Positions 48,140-58,488 of a stretch of 64,000 nucleotides of DNA are shown piece by piece. Made by a program: the position numbers and the translations under genes. Source of the DNA: Alphaproteobacteria bacterium (lineage in GTDB: Bacteria; Pseudomonadota; Alphaproteobacteria; MPNO01); assembly GCA_964291675.2 (NCBI GenBank), contig OZ219866.1, positions 3,232,001 to 3,296,000 of the forward strand, in the 5' to 3' direction. The notes under the pieces were generated by a model. It was not told the origin of the DNA. It did not search any database and saw only the letters and a program-made list of their open reading frames with translations. The first letter of the stretch is position 1. Every line of letters starts with the position of its first letter.

Positions 48140-49165
48140 ATGCGCTTTGTTCGATCGAATTTGCTCGCCCTGATTGCCGGCGCCGCAGCAACGAGCCTGC
48201 CGGCCTCGGCCGACACCGTGCTCAAGTTCTCCTGGTTCGGTCCACCGGTCGCCGATTTCAACAAGAACGGCGTGTTCAAGTGGGGCGACGAGGTCGGCAA
48301 GGTGACCGAGGGGAGGGTGCGGATTGAGTTCCTCGCCAAAGCCGCCGGCGCGCCGCCCGCGCATTTCGACCTGATCAGGGACGGGGTGGTCGACGCCGCC
48401 TACTATTTGCCCGGCATCACGCGCGGCCGCTTCGTGTTGCATCAGGCGGCGGAGTTCCCCTTCGGCGGCTCCGACGCGGCGACGAATTCGGTGGTCTACT
48501 GGCGAACCTACAAGAAGCATTTCGAGAAAGCGGGCGAGCACGAGGAAGTCCAGGTTCTGACGGCGCTCACCCACGGGCCGGGGCTGATCCACAACTCCAA
48601 ACGGCCGATCGCATCCGCCAAGGATCTCGAGGGTCTGAAGTTCCGCGTGCCCGGCGAGACCATCGGGACGCTGGCGAAGACGCTGGGGGCCGTCCCCATG
48701 TTCGCCAGCATCGGCCAGGTGCCGCAGCTGGTGACCCGCGGCGTCGCCGATGGCGTGTTTCTGCCCTGGAACGCGATCGGAGACTTCAAGCTGGCCAAGA
48801 TCCTGAAATTCACCACCATCGTGCCCGGCGGGATCTACAACGTCACCTTCCACGTGGCGGCGAACCCGAAGAAATGGGCGGCGCTTTCCGCCGCCGACCG
48901 CGCGGCGATCATGAAGATTTCCGGCGAGGCCGGCGCCAGGGCGATCGGCGGCTCCTGGGATGTCGGCGACCGGCGGGGCGCCGCGTACTCGAAATCGAGC
49001 GACGCGCAATGGACGGAGATGGATGCCGGCTTCCGGGCGCAGGTGGACAAGGCCTTCCGCCCGATGCGCGATGCCTGGGTAAAGGCCGCCAAGGCGAAGG
49101 GCGTGGATGGCGAGGCGGCGCTTGCCTATATGCGCGAACAGCGCGCCGCGCTCGGCGGGAAATAG
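48140..49165 (+). CDS. dctP: TRAP transporter substrate-binding protein
   Basis: Signal peptide; DGVVD, DL.GLKFRV.G, LGA.P, GV.DG, N.KKW..LS. Confidence 0.88.
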   Translation: MRFVRSNLLALIAGAAATSLPASADTVLKFSWFGPPVADFNKNGVFKWGDEVGKVTEGRVRIEFLAKAAGAPPAHFDLIRDGVVDAAYYLPGITRGRFVLHQAAEFPFGGSDAATNSVVYWRTYKKHFEKAGEHEEVQVLTALTHGPGLIHNSKRPIASAKDLEGLKFRVPGETIGTLAKTLGAVPMFASIGQVPQLVTRGVADGVFLPWNAIGDFKLAKILKFTTIVPGGIYNVTFHVAANPKKWAALSAADRAAIMKISGEAGARAIGGSWDVGDRRGAAYSKSSDAQWTEMDAGFRAQVDKAFRPMRDAWVKAAKAKGVDGEAALAYMREQRAALGGK

Positions 49166-49202
49166 CGGAGTCTCGTCTCTCCGGCTCTGCCTCGTGGCCG
49201 GC

Positions 49203-49703
49203 ATGCTTCGCGTCGCATCGACCATTGCCGGCGGCCGCGCCTACGCCTTCCTCTGCGGCGCGACGCTGTTCGTTCTCCTGGGGCTGACGGTGCTGGATGT
49301 GGGCGGGCGGGAAGTATTGAACCGCCCGCTTCCCGGCGGCTACGAGATCAGCGAGCTGGCCCTGCTGGCGCTGTTCTTCCTGGCGCTTCCCGCGACCACG
49401 CTGCGCGACGAGCACATCACGGTAACCCTGGTCGATCGCTGGCTTACCGACCGGGGGCGGAGGTCGCTCTGCGCGCTCGGCGACCTGCTGACCCTCGCGG
49501 TGCTCGCCGCCCTGGCCCCGTTCCTGTGGCGTCAGGCCGAGGGGATGGCCCAGTACGGCGACGTGACGCTGTATCTGCAGATCCGGACCGCGCCCTTCGT
49601 CCATTTCGCCGCGATACTCACCGGGTCGACGGCTCTCCTCGCCGCAACCCGCCTGGTCTCCCGCGGGTTGGCCGCGCCCGCCCGTCCCGGACCAGGGCGA
49701 TAG
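49203..49703 (+). CDS. dctQ: TRAP transporter small permease
   Basis: DVGGR..LNRP.PG.YEI, HI.V.L; four TM segments; lies between dctP and dctM. Confidence 0.85.
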   Translation: MLRVASTIAGGRAYAFLCGATLFVLLGLTVLDVGGREVLNRPLPGGYEISELALLALFFLALPATTLRDEHITVTLVDRWLTDRGRRSLCALGDLLTLAVLAALAPFLWRQAEGMAQYGDVTLYLQIRTAPFVHFAAILTGSTALLAATRLVSRGLAAPARPGPGR

Positions 49704-49709
49704 CGCCCG

Positions 49710-50999
49710 ATGGAGCTGGCCGCCGCGGGCTTCCTGGTTCTCTTCTTTCTCGTCTTCCTGCGGGTGCCGGTTGCGGTCGCCATGATCTCCATCGGGATCG
49801 TCGGCTTCGCTGCGGTCAACGGATGGGGACCCGCCCTGATTTCTTCGGCGCACGCATTGGTCGACGCCTCCAGGCAGTACTCGCTGACCGTGATCCCCCT
49901 GTTTCTCCTGATGGGCAACATCATCGCCCGGGCGCGCTTCGCCGAAGACCTCTACGCCGCATGCGAGGCATGGATCGGGCATCGCCCCGGCGGTCTTGCC
50001 CGCGCGACGATCGTCTCCTGCGGCGCATTCAGCGCCGTCTGCGGCAGCTCGCTCGCCACCACCGCCACGATGAGCCGGGTTGCGTTGCCGCCGATGCGCC
50101 AGCTCGGCTATGCGCCGTCGCTGGCGGCCGGGTCGATCGCCGCCGGTGGAACGCTCGGCATATTGATCCCGCCAAGCGTCATCATGGTCCTGTACGGGAT
50201 CATGACCAACACCGACATCTCGAAGCTGTTCATCGCGGGGATCCTGCCCGGCCTGCTCGGTGTCTTTCTGTACGTTCGGACCATCTCGATCCTGACCCGG
50301 CTGCGGCCCGGGATCGGCCCGCCGAGCGACCCCGCGGGCTGGGCGGCGCGCTGGCGTTCGGTGGCCGCGGTGTGGGAAGTCGTCCTGTTGTTCGTCCTGG
50401 TTATCGGCGGCATCTATGCCGGAGCGTTCACGCCGACCGAAGCCGCCGGCGTGGGCGCGGGTGGCGCGCTGCTCGCCGCGGTTCTCCGCCGCCGGATCGG
50501 CGCCCGGGCCATCGGCGAGGCGCTTTACGAAACGGCGCGAATGACCGCCGGGATCTTTCTCATCCTGGTCGGCGCGCTGGTCTTCTCGAACTTCCTCAAC
50601 ATGACCCCGCTACCCAAGGCGCTCGCGGGGCTTGCCGTCGATTTCGGCACCCATCCGCTGCTGATCGTGGTCTGCGTCTCGATGATCTACGTGCTGCTCG
50701 GCTGCATCCTCGACAGCATTTCGATGATCCTGCTGACCATCCCGCTGTTCTTTCCCGTGGTCAAGGAGGCGGGCATCGACCCGATATGGTTCGGCGTGCT
50801 GGTCGTCGTGGTCACGGAAATCAGCCTGATCACCCCGCCCATCGGGATGAACATCTTCGTCCTCAACGCCACCGCGACCGACGTCCCGATCTCCACGATC
50901 TACCGCGGCGTCACGCCCTTCGTCCTTGCCGACGTCTGCCGTCTCGGCCTGATGATCGCCTTCCCGGCGATCGCGACGGTCTTGCCGTCGCTGATGTAG
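49710..50999 (+). CDS. dctM: TRAP transporter large permease
   Basis: IPLFLLMG, GSS.AT, GGTLGILIPPS, FTPTEAA, ITPPIGMN. Confidence 0.93.
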   Translation: MELAAAGFLVLFFLVFLRVPVAVAMISIGIVGFAAVNGWGPALISSAHALVDASRQYSLTVIPLFLLMGNIIARARFAEDLYAACEAWIGHRPGGLARATIVSCGAFSAVCGSSLATTATMSRVALPPMRQLGYAPSLAAGSIAAGGTLGILIPPSVIMVLYGIMTNTDISKLFIAGILPGLLGVFLYVRTISILTRLRPGIGPPSDPAGWAARWRSVAAVWEVVLLFVLVIGGIYAGAFTPTEAAGVGAGGALLAAVLRRRIGARAIGEALYETARMTAGIFLILVGALVFSNFLNMTPLPKALAGLAVDFGTHPLLIVVCVSMIYVLLGCILDSISMILLTIPLFFPVVKEAGIDPIWFGVLVVVVTEISLITPPIGMNIFVLNATATDVPISTIYRGVTPFVLADVCRLGLMIAFPAIATVLPSLM

Positions 51000-51008
51000 G
51001 GGGCGGGG

Positions 51009-52409
51009 CTACACCACCGGCCAGCGCGAGATCGGCTTGACGTTGGCGCGCTCGATCAGCCGTGGCGCGAGCTCGCGGCAGCGCGCGTGCACCTCCCCGA
51101 GATCCATGGTGGCGAGCTCGCGGTTCTGCATCAGGATCCTGCCGTCGACCATCACCGTGTCGACGCAGTCGCCGCTCGCCGCATAGACCAGGCTGTAGAC
51201 CAGATTGTAGCTCGGCACCCATTCCGGGCGGTCGATGTCGAGCAGGATCAGGTCGGCCTTGCGGCCGGGCTCGACGGCGCCGAGCTCGTCCTCCCAGCCG
51301 GTCGCCCTGGCGCCGTCCAGCGTCGCCATCTCGATCACCTCTTCCGCGGTTATGACCTCCGGGTCGAGGCGCGCGTCCTTGGGCAGGGTGGCGGCGAGGA
51401 ACATCGCCTGGAACATGTCCTTGTGGTCGGCCGAGTTCACCCCGTCGCAGCCCAAGGCCACCGTCACCCCCTTCTCGCGCATCTCCAGGAACTTGCCCAT
51501 GCGGGTGGTCCCCTTGGCGAGCTTGAGCGCCGCCGGCGGGTTCTGGCACACCTTGGCGTCGGTCTCGGCCAGCATGTCGACCTCGAAGGATTCGACCGCC
51601 GTCATGTGGTTGAGATAGACGTTGGGGCCGAGCGCGCCGATCTCGTACATGTGCTCGACCGGGCGGTGGCCGGTCGCCCTGAGCTCGCTCGCCACCTCCT
51701 CCTGCGAGCTCGCCTTGTGCATCAGCGCGAAGGTGCCGTACTCGGCGGCGATCTCCTTGGCGCCCTTGGTCAGCGCGTCGGAGCAGGTGCCGACCCCCTC
51801 GATGGTGGCGAACACGCGGATGCGGCCGTCGGCCGAACGGTCCCAGCTGCGGATATTGGACTCGGTGATCTCCAGCGCCTCGTCCAGCGTCATGGGCAGG
51901 AAGTAGTCCGGGCATTTCTGCCCGTCCGGGCCGTCATGGTCCCACACCCAGCTCCCGGTGGTGGCCCGCATCCCGGTCTCCTCGATCGCTTTCAGCGTGC
52001 TGGCGAGGAACTTGCAGCCGGGCTCGACGAAGCAGGTGGTGCCCGAGCGGATCATCTCCGCCATCAGGCACTTGGCATACCAGTACTCGTCCTCCTCGGT
52101 GATCGCATCGAGATAGGGGTAGCACCAGTGCTTGAGCCAGTCGCTGGTCCGCAGGTTGTCCGGTATCAGCCCGCGCGCGAGCTCGATCAGATGGGCGTGG
52201 CCGTCGATCAGCCCCGGCATGACCAGCTTGAGCGAGGCGTCGACGGTTCGCGCCGCGCTGTAGGCGGCATCGAGCTCGGCCGTCTTGCCGACCGCGACGA
52301 TGCGGTCGCCCCGCACCGCCACCGCGCCGTCGGTGAGGATGCGCCGCTCCTCGTCGACGGTGAGGATCGTGCCGTTCCTGATCAGGATATCGACGGATTC
52401 GGGCGCCAT
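51009..52409 (-). CDS. Metal-dependent amidohydrolase (MTA/SAH deaminase-like)
   Basis: MPGLIDGHAH, SGTT, VALG.DG, EMATL.GA, G..E.G.KADL. Confidence 0.88.
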   Translation of the reverse strand: MAPESVDILIRNGTILTVDEERRILTDGAVAVRGDRIVAVGKTAELDAAYSAARTVDASLKLVMPGLIDGHAHLIELARGLIPDNLRTSDWLKHWCYPYLDAITEEDEYWYAKCLMAEMIRSGTTCFVEPGCKFLASTLKAIEETGMRATTGSWVWDHDGPDGQKCPDYFLPMTLDEALEITESNIRSWDRSADGRIRVFATIEGVGTCSDALTKGAKEIAAEYGTFALMHKASSQEEVASELRATGHRPVEHMYEIGALGPNVYLNHMTAVESFEVDMLAETDAKVCQNPPAALKLAKGTTRMGKFLEMREKGVTVALGCDGVNSADHKDMFQAMFLAATLPKDARLDPEVITAEEVIEMATLDGARATGWEDELGAVEPGRKADLILLDIDRPEWVPSYNLVYSLVYAASGDCVDTVMVDGRILMQNRELATMDLGEVHARCRELAPRLIERANVKPISRWPVV

Positions 52410-52481
52410 GGCTGCCTCCCTGCTTGCGGGAAGCCTAGCCGCCGCCCGCGGGCGCGGCAATGCGGGCGGTGGGAGCTCCGC

Positions 52482-52946
52482 CTAGGCTTGCAGCGAAGCC
52501 AGAACGTCCTGTGGAGCCAGCTCGGGCAAAGCGAAAGGGTCGATCACCCTGACCTGGCCGAGTAGCTGGCCGTGCTGCAAATCCTCCGTCAGGAGCGCCG
52601 AACACGCACAGGAGTGCGCCGCCGCGACGATCAGGGCGTCCCACCACGACAGCATGTAGCGTTCCTGGATTCGCCAGGCCCTTTCCAGGATCGCCAAGTC
52701 TATCGCTACCGGTTGCCATGGAGCGAGGTCGCGGACGATGGCGCGCGCCTTTTCGGCGTCGAAGGCCGGCTTCACCTTGCGCGTCAGCGTGGAGTAAAGC
52801 TCCTGCAGCACCTGGAAGCTGATGCGCGCGGCGCGGTGGTGCCCGAGATACGCGATCCAATTCTCGGCGCGGGACTGCTTGACCGGATCCGAATCGTGTT
52901 GCCAGTAGACGAGGACGTTGGTGTCAACGAGGACCGGGCCGGTCAT
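52482..52946 (-). CDS. PIN-domain (VapC-like) toxin
   Basis: VDTNVLVY, S.QVLQE, SWWDALIVAAA, LLTEDLQHG. Confidence 0.9.
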   Translation of the reverse strand: MTGPVLVDTNVLVYWQHDSDPVKQSRAENWIAYLGHHRAARISFQVLQELYSTLTRKVKPAFDAEKARAIVRDLAPWQPVAIDLAILERAWRIQERYMLSWWDALIVAAAHSCACSALLTEDLQHGQLLGQVRVIDPFALPELAPQDVLASLQA

Positions 52947-53166
52947 ACAATTCCTCGCGCGTTGGCCGGCGTCCGTCGACCCAGCTAAACTTGCGCGGCT
53001 TGTGGGCCAGGAGTCGTTCCATAGCGAGGTCGTATTCGTCCTCCCTCCGCCGCATCCCTTCCAGCAGCTCGGCAAGCCATTTGGACACGCTGCGCTCATC
53101 CTGGGCGGCCCGGACCCGGAGCCACGCCGCAGTTTCTTCCGGCAATGTGACGGTGACGTTCTTCAT
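52924..53166 (-). CDS. RHH/CopG-type antitoxin
   Basis: MKNVTVTL.EE...W.RV.AA....SVS, TREELYDR; overlaps the PIN gene; tandem palindromes CACGAATTTCGTG / CACGAAACCCGTG at 53169-53197. Confidence 0.85.
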   Translation of the reverse strand: MKNVTVTLPEETAAWLRVRAAQDERSVSKWLAELLEGMRRREDEYDLAMERLLAHKPRKFSWVDGRRPTREELYDRPGPR

Positions 53167-53218
53167 GTCACGAATTTCGTGTAACACGAAACCCGTGTCA
53201 ACGGGTTTCGTACGGGGG

Positions 53219-53425
53219 TCACCGCGCCGGCTGCGCGGCGAAGCGCCCGCGGATCTCCCCGCGCATCTCCGAGACCTCGCGGGCCAGATCGTCGACCTTG
53301 CCTTCGAGCCTGTCCACCCTGCTTTCGAGCCTGAGAAACAGCCGGAACATGAATATCGCGAACGTCCCGCCGGCGGCGAGCAGCGTCGCGAATCCGCCCA
53401 GCATGGTGACGATCTCGGCGCTCAC
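53219..53425 (-). CDS. Small membrane-anchored coiled-coil protein
   Basis: Hydrophobic N-terminus then heptads RLESRVDRLEGKVDDLAREVSEMRG. Confidence 0.6.
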   Translation of the reverse strand: MSAEIVTMLGGFATLLAAGGTFAIFMFRLFLRLESRVDRLEGKVDDLAREVSEMRGEIRGRFAAQPAR

Positions 53426-53502
53426 GTCTCAACCATAGCGGGTATTGCTTCCGTCATCCAGCCGCGATCCGCCGGCGCGGCGACGCGTGGTAATCTGGCG
53501 TC

Positions 53503-54108
53503 ATGAAGGACCCCTACGAAGTGCTCGGCATCGAGCCCGGCGCGACGCTGGACGAGGTCAAGCGCGCCTACCGGGCGCTCGCCAAGGCGCTGCACCCCGA
53601 CGCCAACCCGGGCGATAGGGTGGCGGCCAACCGGTTCCGCGAGGCGACGGAAGCCTACGACCTGCTGAGCGATCCCGGGCGCCGGGCCGAGTTCGATTCC
53701 GGCGGCTGGCGGCGCGGCCATGCCGACGGGTTCGGGCCCGAGGGCGATGCGTTCCACTTCGACGACGGGATCGGCGAGCGCCCGATCGACCTGTTCGGCG
53801 ACATCGCCGGCAACCGGCGCGGCCGGGTGTTCGGCGCGGCCAGCACCTCGCTCGCCTTGCCCGGCGAGGATTTGGCCGAGACCGTCGGCATCACCCTCAG
53901 GGAGGCGGAGGAGGGGACCCGCAAGGTGGTCGAGCTGGTCACCGGGGCGCGGGTCGAGGTGATCGTCGCCCCCGGCACCGAGAGCGGCCGCACGCTGACC
54001 TTCGAGGGGCTGGGCCTGCCCGGGATCGGCGGCGCGCCGCCCGGCAACCTCAACGTGGTGGTCGAGATCCTGCCCGCGCCGATGCTCGACGGCGACGGCT
54101 CAGGCTGA
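53503..54108 (+). CDS. DnaJ-domain protein (CbpA-like, short)
   Basis: DPYEVLG, HPD motif, AYD.LSDP..R..FD; DnaJ_C-like G.G.PG..G..PG.L.V. Confidence 0.9.
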   Translation: MKDPYEVLGIEPGATLDEVKRAYRALAKALHPDANPGDRVAANRFREATEAYDLLSDPGRRAEFDSGGWRRGHADGFGPEGDAFHFDDGIGERPIDLFGDIAGNRRGRVFGAASTSLALPGEDLAETVGITLREAEEGTRKVVELVTGARVEVIVAPGTESGRTLTFEGLGLPGIGGAPPGNLNVVVEILPAPMLDGDGSG

Positions 54109-54975
54109 GCGGGTCATGCGGGCGTCGCGCCAGGTGCAGTAATAGGTGCAGCCGAAAAGCAGCGCGGCCCCCACCCAGGTCCAGACGCTCGGCAGCTCGT
54201 CGAAGAACACGAAGCCGATCAGCGCCACCATCGGCAGCCTCAGATAGAGCACCGGCGAGACCAGGCTCGCCTCCGCCGCGGCGAGCGAGTTGGTGATGCA
54301 GACCTGCGCGCCCAGCGCGGCCATGGCGAAGGCGAGGATCCACGGAATGTCGGCGAGCGTCGGCGTCACCCAGGTGACCGCCGCCGGGATCGCCGCGATC
54401 GGAATCTGCATGACGAAGCCGTAGAACAGGATGGTGCGAATGCCGTCGTCCCGTGCCAGAAAGCGGGTCGAGACGTCCACCACCCCGAACAGCAGCGCCG
54501 CGGCGAGCGCGATGGCGACGCCCGCGTTCACCTCCGCGAAGCCCGGGCGGACGATGATCAGCACGCCGACGAAGCCGAGCACGGTTGCGATCCAGCGATG
54601 CGCGTAGGCGCGCTCCTTGAGCAGGATGACCGCGAAGATCAGGGTGAAGATCGGCAGGGTGAACTGGAGCGCCACCGCATCGGCGATGGTGATCAGCCGC
54701 ACCGCGTAGTAGCCGCAGAACATCGCCGAATAGGCGAACGCGGCGCGCACGGCATAGAGCCGGAGATTGTTCGTCCTGAGCCCCGCCCGCCCGACCCGGG
54801 CGAGCCAGGGCAGGAGCACCGCGATCCCGAAGACCAGGCGGAAGACGACGATCTCGAATGTCGAGTAGGTGGCCGACAGATGGCGGACCAAAGCGAGCGC
54901 CACCGAGAAGGCGACCGCCGCGCCGAACATCCAGAGCACCCCGACGACCGGGTTGTGGCGACCGGCCAAGCTCAC
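54100..54975 (-). CDS. DMT/EamA-family transporter
   Basis: EIVVFR, F.LP.F, LKE, GFVGVLII.RPG, F.E.P; about ten TM segments; GTGA overlap with the upstream gene. Confidence 0.88.
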   Translation of the reverse strand: MSLAGRHNPVVGVLWMFGAAVAFSVALALVRHLSATYSTFEIVVFRLVFGIAVLLPWLARVGRAGLRTNNLRLYAVRAAFAYSAMFCGYYAVRLITIADAVALQFTLPIFTLIFAVILLKERAYAHRWIATVLGFVGVLIIVRPGFAEVNAGVAIALAAALLFGVVDVSTRFLARDDGIRTILFYGFVMQIPIAAIPAAVTWVTPTLADIPWILAFAMAALGAQVCITNSLAAAEASLVSPVLYLRLPMVALIGFVFFDELPSVWTWVGAALLFGCTYYCTWRDARMTRSA

Positions 54976-57287
54976 CCGCCGCCGTTCAGCGCCCGCCAGA
55001 TGCGCTCCGGCGTGGCGGGCAGCGGGACATCCGCCACCCCGCGCGCGGCGAGCGCGTCGGCGACGGCGTTCAGCGTCGCCGGCAGCGCGCCGGTCGGCCC
55101 CGATTCGCCCACCCCCTTGGCGCCGATCGGATTGGAGGCGGTGGGAACTCCCGCGCTCGCCACCGCGAAGGCGGCGAGGTCGTCCGCGCGCGGCAGGGCG
55201 TAGTCCAAGAACGAGCCGGTCAGCAACTGTCCGCTCTCCGGGTCGGAGCGGATCTCCTCCATGAGCGCCTGACCGATCCCCTGGGCGATGCCGCCATGCA
55301 GCTGCCCGGCATAGAGCATCGGGTTGATCACCCGCCCGGCGTCGGAGATCCCGACATAGGCGACGACCTCGACGGCGCCGGTCTCGGGGTCGATCTCGAC
55401 CTCGCAGACCTGCGCCGAGCTCGGCCAGTTCCAGTACCGCGGCGCGTACCGGGCAGCGGCGTCGAGACCGGGTTCGAGCCCGTCCGGCAAGGGTTCCGCC
55501 GCGGCGGCGGCGATTTCTGCGAGGGTGACCGACCGGTCGGTGCCGGCGACCGCGAATCGCGCTTCCCCATAGGCTATGTCCGCCTCGGCCGCTTCCAGCA
55601 TGTGTGCGGCGATTCGCTTCCCCTTGCCGATCACCTTGTCGGCGGCGAGGCGGATCGCCGATCCGGCGATCGCCGTCGAGCGCGAGTTGAAGGTGCCGCG
55701 GCCGTGGGCGACGAGGTCGGTGTCGCCCTGGACGAAGCGGATGTCGCCCGGCGAAACACCGAGGCACTCGCACAATATCTGCCGGAAGATCGTTGCATGG
55801 CCCTGGCCGTGATCGACCGTTCCGGTCGCGAGCGTCAGCACGCCCGAGGGGTCGATGCGGATCTCGGCGGTCTCGACGATCGGGGTCGAGGTCTTCTTGA
55901 CCGTGTTGGCGAAGCCGAAGCCGCGCAGCCTGCCGCGCGCTTCCGCCGCGCGTCTTCGCGCCGGGAACCCTTCATGGTCGGCCGCTTCCAGCGCGCGCTC
56001 GAGATTGGCCGGGAAGTCGCCGCAATCGTAGACATAGCCGAGCGCGTTGGTCCACGGCATGCGGTCGGGCGTGACGGTGTTGATGCGCCTGAGCGCCGCC
56101 GCCGGCATCCCGAGCTCGCGGGCGGCGAGGTCGACCAGCCGCTCCAGCACGAACGCCGCCTCGGGCGCGCCCGAGCCGCGATAGGGCGAGGTCGGGGCGG
56201 TGTGTGTGTGCACGCCCCGTACCGCGACATGCACCGCCGGCGTGCGGTAGACCCCGGCGAGCGTGCCGAGATTGCCGACGGGCGGGCGCGGACCGCGGGT
56301 CGACAGGTAGGCGCCGAGATTGGCGGCGGTCGAGACCTGGAGCGCCACGAACCGCCCGTCGGCGTCGAGCCCGAGCGCGGCCTCGGTCGCGCATTCGCGC
56401 GCATGGTCGTCGCTCGCCATGCCCTCGGCGCGGGTCGAGAGCCATTTGACCGGGCGCCCGAGCTTGCGCGCCGCCCACAGCACCAGGACCATCTCCGGGT
56501 AGTTGGGCCCGCGCGTCCCGAAGCTGCCGCCGATGTCGCCGCACACGACGCGGACCCGGGCTTCCGCCACGCCGAACACCGCGCGGGCGAGATCCCGCCG
56601 CAGCGTATGCGGGTTCTGCGCCCCCGAATGGAGGGTGTAGCGGCCCTCATGCCGGTCATAGGCGCCGATGCAGCCGCGCGGCTCGATCATCGCCCCGGTG
56701 ATCCGGTTGACCGCGAAGCGGCGGCGGACCACATGCGCCGCCCGCTCAAGCGCCGCCGCGACGGCACCGGCGTCGCCCTCCTCGTGGGCGAAGGCGACGT
56801 TGTCCGGGCAGAACGGCCACACCGCCGGCGCATGACGCCCGAGCGCCTGTTCGACGGTGGCGACCGAAGGCAGCGGCCGGTAATCCACGTCGATGCGTTC
56901 CGCCGCATCCATCGCGCGATCGAGGGTCTCGGCGACGACGAAGGCGACCGCGTCGCCCACGAACCGCACCCGGTCGCGGACCAGCGCAGGCCGCGGCGGG
57001 TCGATCATCGGCGTTCCGTCGGGCCGGTTGCGCCTGTCCTCGCAGGGCAGGCAGCCATGCTCGTCCGCCTCCCAGTCCCTGCCGTCGAGCACCGCGAGCA
57101 CGCCCGGCATGCGCGCCGCGTCCACCGTGTCGATCCCGGCGATCGCCGCATGCGCGTGGGGCGAGCGCAGCACGACGCCATGCGCGAGCCCGGAAAGGTC
57201 CAGGTCGTCGAGATAGCGCCCGCCGCCGGTCAGCAGCCGCCGGTCGTCCGCCCGGGCGACCGGGGCGCCGATCCCGTGTTCCGTCAT
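54972..57287 (-). CDS. Xanthine dehydrogenase-family molybdopterin-binding large subunit (CoxL-like)
   Basis: LRSPHAHA.I, IEPRG, GGSFG, PYRGSG, GQGH.T, GQLHGG..QG.GQAL.E, KGVGE.G, P.TPE.IW. Confidence 0.92.
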   Translation of the reverse strand: MTEHGIGAPVARADDRRLLTGGGRYLDDLDLSGLAHGVVLRSPHAHAAIAGIDTVDAARMPGVLAVLDGRDWEADEHGCLPCEDRRNRPDGTPMIDPPRPALVRDRVRFVGDAVAFVVAETLDRAMDAAERIDVDYRPLPSVATVEQALGRHAPAVWPFCPDNVAFAHEEGDAGAVAAALERAAHVVRRRFAVNRITGAMIEPRGCIGAYDRHEGRYTLHSGAQNPHTLRRDLARAVFGVAEARVRVVCGDIGGSFGTRGPNYPEMVLVLWAARKLGRPVKWLSTRAEGMASDDHARECATEAALGLDADGRFVALQVSTAANLGAYLSTRGPRPPVGNLGTLAGVYRTPAVHVAVRGVHTHTAPTSPYRGSGAPEAAFVLERLVDLAARELGMPAAALRRINTVTPDRMPWTNALGYVYDCGDFPANLERALEAADHEGFPARRRAAEARGRLRGFGFANTVKKTSTPIVETAEIRIDPSGVLTLATGTVDHGQGHATIFRQILCECLGVSPGDIRFVQGDTDLVAHGRGTFNSRSTAIAGSAIRLAADKVIGKGKRIAAHMLEAAEADIAYGEARFAVAGTDRSVTLAEIAAAAAEPLPDGLEPGLDAAARYAPRYWNWPSSAQVCEVEIDPETGAVEVVAYVGISDAGRVINPMLYAGQLHGGIAQGIGQALMEEIRSDPESGQLLTGSFLDYALPRADDLAAFAVASAGVPTASNPIGAKGVGESGPTGALPATLNAVADALAARGVADVPLPATPERIWRALNGGG

Positions 57288-57315
57288 CGCGGACCGGCGC
57301 CGCGCGGGCGCTGCG

Positions 57316-58488
57316 CTATTCGGCCGCGACGAGCTCCGGCCGCTCGATATGCGATTCGTGCAGCGCCGGCATCACCTCGGCGGCGAACTTCTCCATGTTC
57401 CTGCGCGTGAGGTCGGCCGGCAGGGTGCCGAACTGGCAGAGCGCGAGCACGTTGCCGAGCGCCACCCGGCGCTGGCAGTCGAGCAGCTTCTCGCGCACCG
57501 TGTCCGGGCTGCCGATCACCACCACCTCGTCCTCGATCAGCGATTCCACGGTCTGGCTGCGGCTCAGGCTCGACTTGTGCTTGCGCACGTTCTTCAGCGA
57601 GGCGATCGAGGTGTAGCCCGGCGGCAGCAGCATCTCCGGCGGGTTGCGCAGGAACTTGTTGGCGAAGGCCTCGATATGCGGCCTCGCCTCGTCGCGCGCC
57701 TGCTCGTCGGTATCGGCGACATAGATCGGCACCAGCCAACCGAGCTGGTCGGGGCTCGCCTCGTAGCCGTGTTCGCGCGCCTTGTCGCGATAGGCGTCCA
57801 TGAACCGCTTGACCGCGCGGAACGGGCTGTAGGTCTGGAGGTAGGTGTATTTGCGGTCCGGGTGCGCGGTCCACTCGATGGTCTCGGTCGAGCCCTGCGA
57901 GGGGCACCAGATCGGCGGGTGCGGGTCCTGGTAGGGGCGCGGCCACAGATTGACGTATTCGAAATGGTAGTGCTCGCCCTCGAAGGAGAACGGGCCTTCC
58001 TCGGTCCAGGCGCGGATCACCAGATCGTGCGCCTCGTGGAAGCGGTCGTGCGAGAAGGCCGGGTTGGCGCCCATCGAGTAGTACTCGCAGCCGATGCCGC
58101 GCACCATGCCGCTGATCAGCCGCCCGCCTGAGATGCAGTCGATCATCGCATGCTCTTCGGCGAGCGTCAGCGGGTGCTCGCGGATGCCGAAGGCCGAGCC
58201 CACGATGGCGATCTTGACCCGCTCGGTGCGCCGCGCCAGCGCCGCCGCGGTGACGATCGGCGACGGCATGATGCCGTAGGCGTTCTGGTGGTGCTCGTTG
58301 ACGCAGAGCCCGTCGAAGCCGAGCTCCTCGCCGTATTCCAGCTCGTCGAGATAGCGATTGTAGAGCTCGTGTCCCTTCTTGGGGTCGAAATAGCTGTTCG
58401 GCAGCACCACCCAGGCCGAGCGGTACTTCTTGTCGTAGTCAAGGTCGAGATAGGCGTAGGGCATCAAATGAAAGAGGAAGACCTTCAT
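57316..58488 (-). CDS. LLM-class flavin-dependent oxidoreductase (luciferase-like)
   Basis: GFDG..VNEHH, AEE.AMID.ISGGRL..G.VRG, WPRP.Q.PHPP.W, FA.EV.P.L. Confidence 0.92.
   Translation of the reverse strand: MKVFLFHLMPYAYLDLDYDKKYRSAWVVLPNSYFDPKKGHELYNRYLDELEYGEELGFDGLCVNEHHQNAYGIMPSPIVTAAALARRTERVKIAIVGSAFGIREHPLTLAEEHAMIDCISGGRLISGMVRGIGCEYYSMGANPAFSHDRFHEAHDLVIRAWTEEGPFSFEGEHYHFEYVNLWPRPYQDPHPPIWCPSQGSTETIEWTAHPDRKYTYLQTYSPFRAVKRFMDAYRDKAREHGYEASPDQLGWLVPIYVADTDEQARDEARPHIEAFANKFLRNPPEMLLPPGYTSIASLKNVRKHKSSLSRSQTVESLIEDEVVVIGSPDTVREKLLDCQRRVALGNVLALCQFGTLPADLTRRNMEKFAAEVMPALHESHIERPELVAAE

Noticed and set aside
2428-57410. Many long antisense or alternate-frame ORFs (e.g. 2428-4290, 6655-8988, 20455-22764, 39209-43522, 54858-57410)
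   Set aside because: Shadow ORFs expected in high-GC coding DNA; they overlap well-supported genes and have Arg/Pro/Gly-biased, motif-free translations.
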